Assembly: GCF_009914755.1 (NCBI RefSeq)
Contig: NC_060928.1
Reading direction: 5' to 3' (one strand)
Origin: the human T2T-CHM13v2.0 reference genome, Homo sapiens
Length of the DNA: 64,000 bases
The notes beneath the pieces are model-generated. The model worked only from the letters and a program-made list of their open reading frames with translations. It did not search any database and was not told where the DNA came from. Positions 35,732 through 53,988 of this stretch are shown here, piece after piece. Numbering within the stretch: position 1 is the stretch's first letter; each line of letters opens with the position of its first letter. The position numbers and the translations under genes are program-made.

Positions 35732-36759
35732 GTGAATTTATTATTTGATTTATTTTCTATTAAAACACACATACAAACATACGTATGCAAAGATTCATAA
35801 ACAGATTATTTTGTGCTTTTGGTGATTATTTTATCATTTTAATAGGCAATAAGACATATTAGCAAGTAACAGAACTATTTATGAAAACAACCTAGCACAA
35901 CATTCATATTATCGAAAGATACTGTAATTGCCCCTGAGAACCAAAGTAAAATATATCTTATCATTCTCAAAAAATATATATTAATAATGTTAGAGTAGGA
36001 TATAGATAACATCAGACTCCAAACATTGATTAGGTGCTTTTATCTTGTAATTGCAGCTCTTCCTCTTGTTGACTGGAACACAGAAAATTACTATCATCTG
36101 CACCACCCCACCCTACCTTTATCTGTAAAATAATTGCTATATTTTTATGATGCCATTGTAATCAACCAACTGTATCACTTTTTAAAATTGTATCTGAGGC
36201 TAAATATAATTTACTGCCTAAAATTTAAATATATTAATAAACTTACAAGTCTAAACAATTTCTCTCTTACTTAAAATGACCCAAAATCCTTACATCAAAC
36301 AGTTTTTGTTTTTGTTATCCTGATACTGAATTTTGTTATCATGATACTGAATTTAAAACATGGTCTAGTCTTGTATTCAGAAGTTCTAGGTATAAATCTT
36401 GGTGTCAAAAATTATAAACTACTAACCTTGAGCATATAACTTAAAATTTTATATCTTAGTTATATCATTTTTAACATGATATAAAAACTATCAATCTAAT
36501 AGGGGCTTGAGGCAAGAATTTAATTAACGTTTTCTAAGTTCTTGCTATAATATTCATCACATATTATTTGCTTAATAAATTTTTTTTTTTTTATTTTCTA
36601 GAAAATTCAAAAGCCAAGCTCAAAAAGTTGACAATGAAAACAACAGAAATGTATCGGAAATATGAAGAGTGGTTTCTAAGATCTAATATGGCAGAATATT
36701 CTAGAACCAATTTATGTGTCTCCCTCTATGCATTCAGTTTCAATTACCAAGCCAGGTTT

Positions 36760-37363
36760 CAGTCACCTGTGGGTGTTTTCTAGATGGTAAAGTTACCTTA
36801 CCTGTGGTTGTGAAATCTTGGCTGCCACCTGTGTTACTCACCACCACACACTGCCACACTGCTGGTTTTTTAACCTTCCCCAGAGATGTGGACGGGGCTT
36901 AGACATGGCATCCACTGGGCCTGTTAGAATGGGAGGCCATAGCTCTCAGCCTAAGTCTGACACATCTAGAAAAAACAAAAATCTGGCTATGCCAAAGTCT
37001 GTCTAGAAGGGCCCAGTAACATCATTGTGTTGATGGGTCAATGCCCCTTGGACAAATTTAGGAGATGGGAGACTGGGAAGAGCCAGAAGAAAACGTTCTC
37101 ATTCACCTCTCTTCCATCAACTTTTCTAAACTGTCCTGGGTTCATATGGTCTTTCCGGAAATGCTTTTGCTCCTTTCAAAAAGTTGGAAGGCCACTTCTG
37201 TGCCATCTTACACTTGAGTTCCTCATTCCTCTGCTCATTTTTCTCCCTTTTAAAATTTTTCTTCCTGGGGTTATGCTGCTTCTCCAAATATAGCAGTACC
37301 TCATAAAATTTTCCTCAGGCATTTTTGTTTGTTTGAATTGTTTTACTTAATCTGGATTAAGAC
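36760..37363 (+). mobile_element. ERVL solo LTR (LTR33/LTR16-like), degraded
   Basis: GC-richer block ending 'ttcctcaggc...ctggattaagac'. Confidence 0.4.
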
Positions 37364-37766
37364 TGAAAATATTAGAAATATTAGAAAATATTAGAAATCT
37401 GGCTGAAATAAACTCAAGTCCTAACCAAGAGACTCATTGATTTTTCCTTTATTTCATGCATTTTGCCCTCTGTAACTGGCCTGGGTCCACAAAACAGAAT
37501 TAATTAAATGATTCTTTCATTTGACACTCATTAATTTATTCATTCTTCATGTATTTTCCAATTTGTATTATATTACAGGCATTAAGTAACCAGAGATCTT
37601 GTGAAACCTTATGCAACCCATTGCTTAAGGACTAGGCAAAATGGCAAAATTACCTCATTTAACCCTGTATATCAATAATTTCTAAAGTTGTAATTGAATC
37701 AATGTTATTCATTACACTCTTCATGAAAACTCTTCCAGGCTGAGTATATTCATTAAAACTCTTCCA

Positions 37767-38064
37767 GGCTGAGTGCAGTGTCTCATGTCTGTAATACGAG
37801 TGCTTTGGGAAATCAAGGGGGAAGGATCACTTGAGGCCAGGAGTTCAAGCCCAGCCTAGACAACATAGTGGGAACTTGTCTCTACAAAAAATTTAAAAAT
37901 AATTAGTCAAGCATAGTGATGTGTGCCTGTAGTCCTAGCTACTCAGGAGGCTGAGGTGAGAGAATCACTTGAGCCCAGGAGTTCCAGGATGCCGTGAGCT
38001 ATGATCTGCCACTGCACTCTAGCCTGGGTGACAGAGAAAGACATTGTCTCTAAAAAATAAAAAA
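37767..38064 (+). mobile_element. AluJ
   Basis: 'ggatcacttgaggccaggagttc', 'cacttgagcccaggagttc'. Confidence 0.92.
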
Positions 38065-38184
38065 TATGTAAAGTTCTTTGAGACGATAGAAAAGGTGGCA
38101 TGTATTTTAGCATAATTTTAGTCAAAACTAATAATATTCTGACTGACAATTCAAAAACGAAAGTAATGTTAAAGATTACCTCTT

Positions 38185-38510
38185 GGCCGGGCGAAGTGGC
38201 TCATGCCTGTAATCCCAGGACTTTGGGAGGCCAAGGCAGGCGAATCACGTGGTCAGGAGATCAAGACCAGCCTGGCCAACATGGTGACACCCTGTCTCAA
38301 CCAAAAATACAAAACAAAACAAAACAAAACAAAAAAAATTAGCTGGGCATAGTGGCATGCGCTTATAGTCCCAGCTACTCAGGAGGCTGAGGCAGGAGAA
38401 TTGTTTGAACCTGGGAGGCGGAGGTTGCATTGCGGTGAGCCAAGATCACGCCACTGCACTCCAGCCTGGGCGACAGAGTGAGAATTCATCTCAAAAAAAA
38501 AAAAAAAAAA
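38185..38510 (+). mobile_element. AluS (Sc-like) with (CAAAA)n-expanded middle linker
   Basis: 'ggtcaggagatcaagacc...ggccaacatgg'; A18 tail. Confidence 0.93.
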
Positions 38511-39077
38511 TGACTGCTTGATGCTATGGTCCATTTTTTCTAAAAAAATGTTAGGGATGTGAATTGCAAAATAATAACATGTAAGAGATATATGTTTATT
38601 TTTAACAGACAAATATCAGATTAAAAAGTATCATGTTCCAGATATGTGTATGTAGTTCTAATATGTAAACTTCTGAATGCATTTCCACATCAATATGATA
38701 TGCATAATAAATAAGCCACCAGATGGTCCAAATTAAAAACAAAATTATTTTTATTGGTAATTTTATTGTAAAGTCAATCTGAGATAGCAGGAAATTTTTT
38801 TTAAATTTCAGATTGCAATTAACAGGGCAAAACTTCTCTTACTCTGATTTGTTCAACTGCCAGGCAGCAGATCATAAATTTCTCATGATTTTATAGATCA
38901 TAGCTATGGTAGGTGAGGCCAGTGACCTGTGCATGATAATCTACTCAATTGGCATAAAAATGTAGTAGAATATTTTTCTCTCTGAGGTGTCTAGTTTTTG
39001 ATAATGCATAAGTTATATAATAACATATATTAAGTACAATGTATGTATATTAGGTACATAAATAATGTGTAATAGTG

Positions 39078-39203
39078 TATGAGTTGTACCATCTATAGAA
39101 TAATTATATATTCTATATATATATTCTATTTGATAGAATAAATATGTTTATTCTATAAATATATCTATATATATATTTATTCTATAGATGCTACCAACAC
39201 ATA
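39078..39203. repeat. AT-rich nested palindrome
   Basis: CATCTATAGAATAA (39090-103) pairs with TTATTCTATAGATG (39177-190); inner ATAGAATAAA/TTTATTCTAT hairpin at 39133-156. Confidence 0.9.
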
Positions 39204-41469
39204 AAATCAATTCTATAGATTATAAAATATATATATTTACAATATTGCAAAGGCCTAATCTTTTCTGTTTTGTTTTGTTTGTTCATAGCATTGCAGTTTT
39301 TTTAAGAGAAATTTATACACTCTTGGATTAAGAGACCATAGGGTAGTCATATTGCTAATAGCTAGAGTATTTATGACAATGGTTAAGGTTGGGCTTAGGT
39401 CAAAAAACCATAATAGGACTCCCGCTTTTTAAGTGCAACAACATGGTTGGCTATGGCATTTATCAATGTTTTTTGTTTGTTGCTTGGTTTGGTTTTAATG
39501 GATGAAAGGATTGTGCAGGAATATATAGTAGAAAAATAGAACACATGGAAGATGCATTGAAGTTAACAGCATGAGTGTAGCAAACCACAAGGTTTGGGAT
39601 TATAGGATAATATCTCACCTAATATCTGCTTTTTAAATATTTGATTCAGGGAAAAGTAAGAGAAAAACTTAATTACATGTTTACCACTCTCTTCCCTGTG
39701 CTAAGAAAATTGACACAGTTACTGGTCCCAAGAACACATACTGAAAACCAGACCGTCAAGTAATATATGTGTATATTTACTACAAAGTCTCTATCACACA
39801 TATTGTCCTTGATATTTGGATTTCAACAAAGAAAAAACAAGTTTTTTGTCAGGCCACTACAGGTATTGATTGGAGCCACTAGATAAGCTCTTAAGCTATT
39901 CTAAATTTCGGCTGACAGGTATTTAAAGCTGTTTGGGGACCATTTACTGAAGAACATGTTAGGAGAAAATATCTGATGCAGGCTATATATTCAGTTTATG
40001 ACTACATAGTTGCATATTCTGACTCTCTGAGCAAAGTGAATTAAAATATTTAAGCTACTTTGCATTTCCATCTCATCCACCAGGTGTTTCGGCATCCTGC
40101 AGGAGCTTGAGGACTCTCTTTGTATGTACTATAAAGTTTAAGTATTATACAGCTGCGGATACACTTTTTTCTTCCTACTCATTCAGCTAGGTTTCTATCC
40201 TTTCCCTAAATGCTGTAATTGCATCAGGCATAAGGGATGTAAGAAATAAAACATTAAATGAAGCAGTATTCTGTATATTTGTAAATGTAAAACAGATGTG
40301 CAGTAAATATTGTAGGCTTGAATCAATGGGGCACCATAAAAATACAAAGAAATGAAAGAAGAGATATAATTTGTCAGTGATTTTTGCTAAATATCTCATT
40401 AGTATGGAGAAGCTACAGATTCCTTACAGGATTTAATGAATAGCTTTTTACACGTGGTTTTCCTATTACTTCTGAGCAGCAGCTAGTCAGCACACTATAA
40501 ATACAAGCAAAAGTTAGCAAATAAGAGATAAACGCATTCATAAAACATTTCAAAATATTTAAAATATTCTTAAAAATTCTAAGGAAGTTTAAAGTAAAAT
40601 AGGAAAGTATTTTTAATAAAACAAATTTCATAATCTTCAAAAATATTACTCTCAAACCATTAAAATAATATAACTTACGTTTCAAGTTGTTATGTACAGA
40701 TAACTTCAGGATAGGAAACATATTAAGACAAAAAGTTTGTTATATTTTAGAGAAAAAAATAAGTGTTTTGTATTTCCCCAAACTGTCTTTTGTCTTTTGC
40801 TTTTCAAAATCTCATAATGGCATCTCCTTTTGTTGAATAACTCAGGTTCAACACCCTTTTTTCTCTCATTACCTTCATTCAGTCACGTTGACCTATTGAA
40901 GCTAGACCCAAACAACTCACTTCAAAAGCTTCTGACATTGCATTTCCATTGGTTGAGATATTTTTCATCAATTGCCTGGCTTATTGTAATAATTTCTTAA
41001 TTATTTCCCTTCCCTATTTGTTTTCTTACCACACAAAATCACACTAATGATCATCATCTGATTAATATTCTTAAACATATACTGACCAATGTTTCTTTGC
41101 TCAAAAATCTTTAATTACTCTCCATTTTTATATGAGTATTAACTCCTTCGCCCTACATTAACATACATTCTCTAGCTACCACAAATGTTTCCAATATGAT
41201 AACAGAATTTATAGATTAGACACTCTGTGAAAAATTAAGTAATTGTTATTTCCTGAATTAAGTCTATTTTTATGGACTTAAAATATTTCCCAACCAAATT
41301 TCTGTTAAATTTCAACCAAATTTCTATTAAATATCCTATTAAATCATCACTACTTAATTTTTTACTTATTCATTTGTTTACACCTTATTTTTTCAATTTT
41401 ATATTTTAAGTTTATCAGGCTTTTACTATAGTTTTAAAATTAGGTGTAAGATTGATGTATTAAGTTTTA

Positions 41470-41514
41470 CTAGGTTGGTGCAAAAGTAATTGCACTTTTT
41501 GTCATTACTTTTAA
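41470..41514 (+). mobile_element. MADE1 (Hsmar1 MITE) half element
   Basis: 'taggttggtgcaaaagtaattgc...ttttgtcattacttttaa' matches the Hsmar1 TIR; second TIR absent. Confidence 0.8.
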
Positions 41515-41639
41515 CATATAGTTTGGGTAATATATATAGTATTACATATTATATGTGCTATAAGTGCAGTTAAAAATTTTAAAAGAAGTACAGGATTTTT
41601 ATATCCTAAGCTGTTCTGATTCACAATATCTAGAGGTTC

Positions 41640-43500
41640 ACCTACCTTAAAATTGGGTGTTTTAAAAGAACCATTTTATTATATGTCACAATTTGAATTT
41701 ATGAGCCAGGAATATGGGCAGGGCCCTACCTGAGTACTTTGTTCAATGTGGCATCACAGAAAGTCACACAGTGGACCTTAGCTACCTGATGGTCCAACCT
41801 GAAAGTTCTAAGCATGTTTTCCTCATATATATAGTGCCTTGTTGAGGATGACTATAAGGCTTAAATCAGATGTAACTGTTAGGCAATGTGCCTAACCATG
41901 CCCTTTCCCACATGTCTCAGGGTAATTTGACATCTTATATTGTAATTTAAGTACGAATGAGAGTGCCAAGAAGCCTATATGGAATATGCTAAACTTCTTA
42001 TGACCTAGCCTTTCAAGTTCAAAATATTACACCTGCAACATTTTATTGATAAAGCCGGTCACTTTGGCCTAATGAGATTGAAGAGTGGGGGGAGAAGAAT
42101 TAGACTCCACCTCTCAGTAAAAATTGTACCAGAAATTTTGTGTTACCATTAAAGTACCTCTGCGAACAAAGTATTAATATTTACATTTCTCCTGCATGCA
42201 ATATTCCCCTTTTATAAGTCTCTAGAATCTTTCATCCTATTACAACATTTCCTCAAAGTCCAATATCTCAGCCTCTAAATTATCTGATTTAAAGAGAATC
42301 AATGAATATAGTTCCATAAATATAATTATTCTCAATCTTCAGAAACAAGTTGCCTACACTCTTTTCGTGGGTGCATACCTGACCTCATCATATAATGATT
42401 TCTAATAAGTATAACTTTCATTAACATCAGATTAAAAAGTAAGAAAATAGTAGGCAGTGATTGATCTGCAGCAGTTCTAAAATCCTGTGGGGCGCATGTT
42501 GCCAGTTAAAGGAAACTCTAGGAATGGTTCTTCAAGTTATTTGATTCCACTGTAGACTCTTTGTCCTTTTTCCTGAGACCTTCTAATTATTTTTCTGAAG
42601 GAAATAACCCATGTTTCCAATCAAGTAAACTTCTTAGTTTACTTCCCTCCCATAGATGTTTGGGGACCCCAATGATTGTTTTAAATTTGCAATTTATTTA
42701 TCTCCATAAAAGCTTGTGTTACTTTTGTCAATATGATTCTCTTAAAAACTCACAGGGTTCCTCTGAAACTTACTGGGATTCACTCTGTTAGAGGATGACA
42801 TGTCCAAAATCCCTTTGAGACAGGACTCACTGGCATAGTGTAACAATTAGATTATTGTGAGACAATTATCTTAAAAAACTTTTTAAAACTATTTTTTGCT
42901 TTATTTATAGTGTTTATTGCCATAAAATTGTTTGTTAAGGCTTAATACAGAATTGCCCAGCAATACTCTTAATATGATCTTAACCTGAGTCCATTTCTTA
43001 TTTTGAGAACCTACTGCCATCTAAAAAAATTGGAAATAATTTTTTCTTATAAAATCTGTCAAAGTTTTCTTTATTTATCTTTCTTCTACATTTTTCTTGA
43101 AAACTGAACTGTTTAATTTTCTATCTCTTCTATCTTTCTTCACATACTTTACACAGCTAAAAGAAACCAGTTGGTATTTTAAACCAGCTGCTTTGATATC
43201 TCCATAGCCAAATCTAGTTTTTCATTATTTACATTTTCTATTTACCACATTACTGCAAGTGACAGAATTGCTATAAATGGTCCCACTACCTAACAAGGTT
43301 AATCTTTATTTCTTTTTTTTCTACCAGCAACAGTTGTCTTCTTTCTTTGTCAGCATTTCCCATAGTGTCTCATAATTTTTCTTCTTCCACTAATAGTCTC
43401 CTTAAGATACTCATTTTTACTTACAATTCACTTAAGACTTTCCAGAATCCATATCTCAACACAACAAATCATAAAAATTTGCTGCCATATTTACTCTACA
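41640..43500 (-). mobile_element. MLT1-type LTR plus adjacent MaLR internal sequence, degraded
   Basis: 'gagccaggaatatgggcaggg', 'ttagactccacctctcagt' resemble reversed MLT1, followed by MLT-int-like sequence. Confidence 0.5.
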
Positions 43501-43750
43501 ATGTAAACTATGAGTTCAAAAAATTGCAGACTCCTTAATTGTTCTTTAAATACTCTGTCACTGGATAGGACCCCCAGGAATCAGACTCTGAGGTGAAGGC
43601 AGAGGGATTATTAAGGAGTGTTTTTGAAATAAACATCTGTGGAAGGGAAAAGAAGGAAGCAAAAATTAGTGGAGGTAGAAGTTGAACTGTGATACAATAT
43701 CAACCAATGTTTCAGATAACACTTCAGAGTTCAGAAAATGGTTTGAATCT

Positions 43751-44112
43751 TGATATGGTTTGGCTCTGTGTCCCTACCCAAATCTCATCTTAAATTGTAA
43801 TCCCCGTGTGTCAAGGGAGGGACCTAGTGGGAGGTGAATGGATCATGGGGGTGGTTTCCACCATGCTGTTCTCATATGGTGAGTGAGTTCTCACAAGACC
43901 TGATGGTTTAAAAGAGTGTGGCAGTTCCCCCACACCCCTCTCCTGCCATCTTGTGAAGAAGGTGCTTGCTTTTCCTTCACCTTCCACCATGATTGTAAGT
44001 TACCTGAAGCCTCGCCAGCCATGCAGAACTGTGAGTCAATTAAACCATCTTTCTTTATAAATTACCTAGTCTCAGGTAGTTCTTTATAGCAGTGTGAAGA
44101 TGGACTAATACA
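43751..44112 (+). mobile_element. THE1 (THE1D-like) solo LTR
   Basis: TGATATGGTTTGGCTCTGTGTCCC...GGACTAATACA; 5-bp TSD AATCT/AATAT. Confidence 0.92.
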
Positions 44113-45369
44113 AATATTTTGTGCTACTGCTAGTTAATAAAGCCAAGGGTTATCTGCCAGAAACACTACCATCAACTGTGGTAATAAGTTATTTACTCCT
44201 GAAATAGGTACTTGCAGCCCACCACATGTACACCATTGAGAACATACCTACCACATAATTTTTCTGAAGAGACAAAAGTGCTACTCTATAAAATACTCAG
44301 CAATCATGATTGAAAAGGTAATAATAAACTAAGGCAACAGGTACTAAAAGTGCAACATCTTTTTTCAGAATACATAGAATTCAAAATACAAAGTAGGATT
44401 TATAGGTTCAAAAATCAATTTTTCTCTATCTATCATACTAATTGTGGTATCAATTACTATAATGTACCTACCTAATCTATTTAAAAATACTTTATTCATG
44501 AACTCCAGTTAAGTGAGGCGGTGAAGAAGATCAGATTTTTTTCCTTATTGGCATTAAAAAACTGCATTAAGAATTGCTATATATTACTTTTGCTAAGTTA
44601 TCTTTTTAAAAAGTGTAAAGATAGTGATGAGTACACAAATATAAAAAGCATTCTTAATATGTTATTTTGTTTCCTTCTGTTTTCTTTTCATTAAGTCTAA
44701 GGTGCCTAAGTAGAGAGTTGCTAAACAATAAACAGCTGATGTAGTTTGTAAATTGACTAGATGAACTGTGGTATTAGTCAATTTGTGTAATATATGAAGG
44801 AAAAAATTTTTAAAAGTTACAATCTGGAAATGGCATTATTACTTTTTGTTCAGAGAAGTGGTCAAATATTTTTTAAGAAAGCACTTGCATAATTTCACAT
44901 GTAACTCTACTGTAGCCAAAGACTCTTATTACAAATTTGTGTAACGACTGAAATATCTTTTGGGCAAGAAGACTGTTAAAATAAATCAATATGATACTTC
45001 AGCTTGTTAGAGGTAAAAAAAAATAACATGCTAAGGAATAAAAGCTAACTTTGTATATAGTATCAAATTATAATTTTCTTTTTTATAAATACACGTGTGT
45101 GTGTTTAAAATTAGAAAGTGAGGTTATTTTAAAATACTGGAAGTGATATAACCAATTAACTAGTTGCTCTTTACAGTGTAATTTTTTGTGTTTTCCATCT
45201 TCAGCTGCAATTAATATCTTTAATGTCATTATAGATGTTAATTTTCAGTATAATGAGTGGTTTAATTTTGAAAATATATAAAATATTTCGCAGTTAAATC
45301 CAGAGAATAATATATCAAGAATCCAAGTATATCTGTCTCACAGTCTAGTGAGAGAGAAATACAGAAGTA

Positions 45370-45945
45370 GTAGTGGACTTTGTTTTTGCACTCAACTAGC
45401 ATACTACTAGGGCCCTGTGCACTCCTCCACCTTTCCTTCTCTAGGCAGCTTGTTCTGTTTCCTGGCAGAATGGCTCATTTCCATAGCTGTGAGTACCCAG
45501 CCACCAATGCCACAATGGTTCTACAGGCCTAGGAGTCTTACTTATGTTCAATTACAGGAAAACTCAGTGTGTACTCTACTGCGGGAGGGGTGTGTTGAGG
45601 ATGGATGCATTGGCTTCCCTAATGGCTGCCAGGAAGGGTCAGATCAAGAACCTAGAAATTCAGGGAAGTTAAGACCCCCTAGGAGAGAGTGACTAGTGAG
45701 ATGCTGCATTCCAGAAAGATCTGAAAGTTAAACAGACTGCCCCTCCTCTCTTGTGTTTGGAGATGCAGGGATTCCATGTGGTCTCACTGGAGATGTCCCA
45801 CATGATCTATCATGAGCAGGGTTTTGTGAAGCTATGACCAGCTCATTAGTGTGTCACCTTATATTTGTTTGTTGTGGTTTTATTCCTTTCCCTAGTTTGC
45901 TTTCTTCTCACTCTTACCTGTTTTCCTAGGAACTCAGACTAACAA
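45370..45945 (+). mobile_element. ERVL solo LTR (LTR33-like), degraded
   Basis: start 'gtagtggactttgtttttgc', end 'ttttcctaggaactcagactaaca'. Confidence 0.45.
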
Positions 45946-47230
45946 AGGTAGATAATCAGAATATTTCTACGTTTCTTAAAAATGACTGTTTTGAAGTAAA
46001 ATGCTGCCTTACATTTTAAAATTCTTGACTTTTGTGTTTTAAAAAAGCACCCATACTTTGTAGCCACACACACACACCTATATAATTGTATCAAACTACG
46101 ATTGCATATTTCAAGCAGCTTTTCTAGTTTTCAGAATACATCAATAATAAGTGTATGATAATTCTTGTGGGAAGTAGTAAAAGAAATAATATTCACTGTA
46201 GACAAGAATCTTTAAATATTCAAATGAGTAATATGGATGTTTCTTTTATGATCATAACCTACATGTATAAACTTGTAACCTACGTGAGATCAGGGAAGCT
46301 GCTAACCTTAATAACTTTTTTTGTGCCTAAAAAGGTGTCTGGCACATAGTAGAGACAATACATTAAATAAATAAATAAAGCAGCTTAAAGATGTGGTGTC
46401 ATATCAATGACTTCAATTCTCATTCACTGATTGTTTCCATTAATCAAGCTTTGTTTGGAAAAGTCAAAACAAATGATATATCAGTAATTCTAATTTGGTT
46501 ATTTGGGTATTTGGTTGATTTACATTGAGGTTAATACAATGTGAACAGTATTACAGAGAGTAATCACTTCCTTCTTATCACATTCCTAAAAATACTGATT
46601 TTATAAATCTTAGTATTATTGACTTCCATAAAATTAGTTTTTCTGTGCTGAGAATTGATATTTCTAAGTCTGTTTCTTTCTTGTATTTCTGTCCATAGAT
46701 TCTAAGACTTCTACTGAATCCTGAATATGTGACTTTTAGGCAAACTAGGTCACAAAAACTTTTGAGACTTACCACCATGCATAACAATGTTTAGCTATTT
46801 CTCAAATTCAAAATTAATGTAACAGGGTTAAATGCAAATATGCTTTAGGAAAAAAAATTTTTAATTAACAGTTTAATAATGAATGATGATAAAATGACAC
46901 CTACTTTTTATTTCCCTGAATAACACACTGGCGCTCCTGTGTTTCAAATCTAAAAATCTTGTCATTTGATAAAGGCATTCAATTCCTTAATTGAATTTGT
47001 GTCACTTCACTGAAAGGAGATAACTGTAAATTAGAGAGCAATATTTTTAAAAAAGCATGATGATTATGTTGAAATTTTAAAAGTTAATATTCATTCAGAG
47101 TTTGAAATATAGTTCATTTTTTATAAAGGAATGCTATTAAGCTTTATTCCTTAAATGTTTTATTTCCACAAATAAATTGAATTGTTATATGCAAATATAC
47201 ACTCAGATATCTAAATTAATACATGTTCTT

Positions 47231-50991
<3,761 letters not shown>

Positions 50992-53287
50992 CTAAATTAA
51001 TACATGTTCTTAAGTCAATATACACAAAATCGTTTTTAACTGTACACATAAAATCTTTCACAGAAGCTCTGGATCATTTGTAAGGCATATGAAAATCTTT
51101 CCACAAGTAATCATTTTTAAGTGCAAATCACAATCATTATGCCAAAGGAAATAATATCATCTGAATATATTATTTTCTTAAAATTTATCATGATGCTGTT
51201 TTTAATCATTGATTTAAAAGTTCAAGGAACAGAGAACATTGACAACCTTTATTTACGACACTTTCCCAACATCATTGAAATAAAAGTAAGGGGATTTTTA
51301 TCTTTAAGAAAACAAGGGAAGGAGAGCATAAACCCATAGGAATAAAGCAAATGAAAAAGGACATACATGCAAATAATAAATGGTAATACATTTTGGGGAA
51401 GATGGACATCAGCTACAGGAATTATGAGTTTCTCAGGGGACTGAAAAGACCTACAACACAATGGGCTGAAGGGAGAGTTGCTTTAGAGAAAGAATTGTTT
51501 GCTCATTGGATTCCTGAAAAGCACAAACAGAGATTAAAGTTACCATTTGAGACGTATTGTGGAAATTGGTAGAGAGGCTGAATTTTTAGCGATTTAGTCA
51601 AAGTAATTTTGTAGTCTGGCTAGAAAAGCTGGTATCTCTCTAATTTCTATTTTGTAGGCAAGGAGCAGTGAACTGACATTTTCTGCAGAAGAAAGGGGCT
51701 GGACTCATCATTTGATGAAACTACGTAACATTGTTGTGTGAGTGAAGTGTTGGACTATTAAGGAGACAAATAGAAATTGCTATACTCCTTGGTGGATTCA
51801 CCTCAGTCTCCTTTATTCTTTCTATTCCCAGAACATTAAAAGGCAGAGGGATTTCTTCTTTTCTTGTGAGAGATATTAAGTAGCACCTGTAAAAAGATAT
51901 TCAAATACTTACATTTGAGGAGAATGGGACACACACAACAAAATTAGCTGATTGCTATCTGATCATTCTTCCATTCAGGGTTGTAAATATAACTCTGTGG
52001 TTATGTAGAGATTATTCTACTTTCATATTAATATTTAAAGTTTTTATTTATAAATTATAATACATATTAAATAACCATCCTGTTCTCCCACCTCTGTTGA
52101 CCCACAGTATCTTGCTTTAGGCTTTTTAAAGTTCACACAGAAATCTGAAATTATTCTCTTCATGCATTTGCTTACTAGCTTATTGCCTCTACCCAATATG
52201 ACGAAAACTGCATGAGTTATGGAGTTCTGCCTGCCTTGTTAATTGCCATAATACTAAATAGAGTGCATCTAGGGTGAGAAGAGGGGTGACAGTTTTTTGT
52301 GGATTTCCTAGATGAGCTAAAGATTTCTGGATGAGACTTGAATAAAGAGAAGAGACTGGTCTTGTAAGTATATGGGTAGCAGAGAGTTTAAAAATAAATA
52401 ATGAAGAAACTAAAAAAGTCCTGGGACATGATCAAACAGATAAAAGGCTTGTATAGCTACAGTAGAGTGAACAAACTGGCAAAGGGCTTGAAACATGTAG
52501 GAAAGAAGTAAAACAGCTCATTTGGGCAGAAATTTCACAATAACAAAAGTCTTCAAGATTGGCCTGAGTTTATTGCCTTTTCTTTAAAATACTGTTATAT
52601 CACATTATTACATTTATTACATTATTGCATTTGTTTTGGTACACTGCACTAGAATGTTTTGTTTATCAAAGATCTAGACAATCCAGACAATCGTGTTCCT
52701 TCTATTTTAAGAAGGTAAACACAAATATTTCACCATAATCTACGCCTTTTCCACCAATGTATTGTTGTGTATTCTATCCCCTTTTATAATACCTACTGGC
52801 ACAGGATAATTTGGCAGTGACAACTTACAGTCATAATTTCACTTTCACATTTGAGGCAGTGTTAATAACAGGCATGCCCATCTCTAATTTTTAGTAGCAA
52901 CATCAAATTGCAAGCTGGCACAGATTGTCAACAAAAAGTAACATTGTGACTTGCCAAGAGATACATGTTTCATGTGTTGCAGCAATGTGAAATTTATGTT
53001 CTAAGGAAGAGGCACACAGAGGTATCCAGATGGGATTAATTTAAGAACATAGAAAATTTTTATTTGGATTTTTAAAAGAGATAATATAAATTAAATGTAT
53101 TCTGGTTGTTCAGGAGTCTTCCAGGCTATAAAGGGGAATATAGCCAATGACTATCTCGACCAATACTTTGGAATGGTCTGCTGCATGATGACTTGTGGTG
53201 GTCATCATAATAAATAACACTTCTTGTTCTGTATTGAACCACAACTTGTGATAAAAGTGAATCTACAGAGCATGCTGTGAACTTTAC

Positions 53288-53500
53288 CTGACACTAGAAA
53301 TTCCAGAAATACCACTCCAGGAGAAAGCTCCTCTGTCCATCCTCCATGCCGTGAGTCCCATCATTATTGTGATATACAGCATGTTGATCTCCAAAGCAGA
53401 ATCTATCCTGGAGGCAATTAGCATAATAGTTTAATTTTGCTGCAAATCTCTGGAGCCAAATTTTAGCCATTCCCAATGTCCAATTTTACAGACTCAGGTA
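53288..53500 (-). other. Candidate spliced exon (213 nt; no read-through frame)
   Basis: acceptor ctcttttatttctgttcactttgtcaaccttttcag|T; donor CAG|GTAAAG; non-repetitive sequence. Confidence 0.4.
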
Positions 53501-53959
53501 CTGAAAAGGTTGACAAAGTGAACAGAAATAAAAGAGTTCACATCAAAGTCCATATCTAATGATATAAGCTTTGCCCTGAGGACTTGCTTGCCTTCTAGGG
53601 ATAACATCAGAGCAATTGGAAGATTTTTGAGGTTTGGTATACTATCATGAAAATAAGAGACTCATCTATATCAATGTAATGCTGGGTCTTTCTACTTGGT
53701 GCATCCTTTTCATAACAGACCATACTAATAAAGAATTGTCCTGAGTGCAGTTGGTTCCATGCAAATATTTGTACTAGATGAAAATTTATAACTCTGGGAG
53801 TTTGACTTGTAAAGATAGATTCTGTTAATGCAAATTGTGATTCTAAAATCTCAGTCAAAAGAAAAAAAAATTGCCCTAGAGGCTGAGCTATCCAATTCCA
53901 ATGATAAAATTCTTAGTTATTCTGTCCATTTTAGACTTTATAGTTTTCAGTATTCTTAC

Positions 53960-53988
53960 CTTGAATGGAGTCTTTCAATAGCATAATA
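53960..53988 (-). other. Candidate 29-nt micro-exon
   Basis: acceptor ctcttctactttgcctccctag|T; donor AAG|GTAAGA. Confidence 0.35.
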
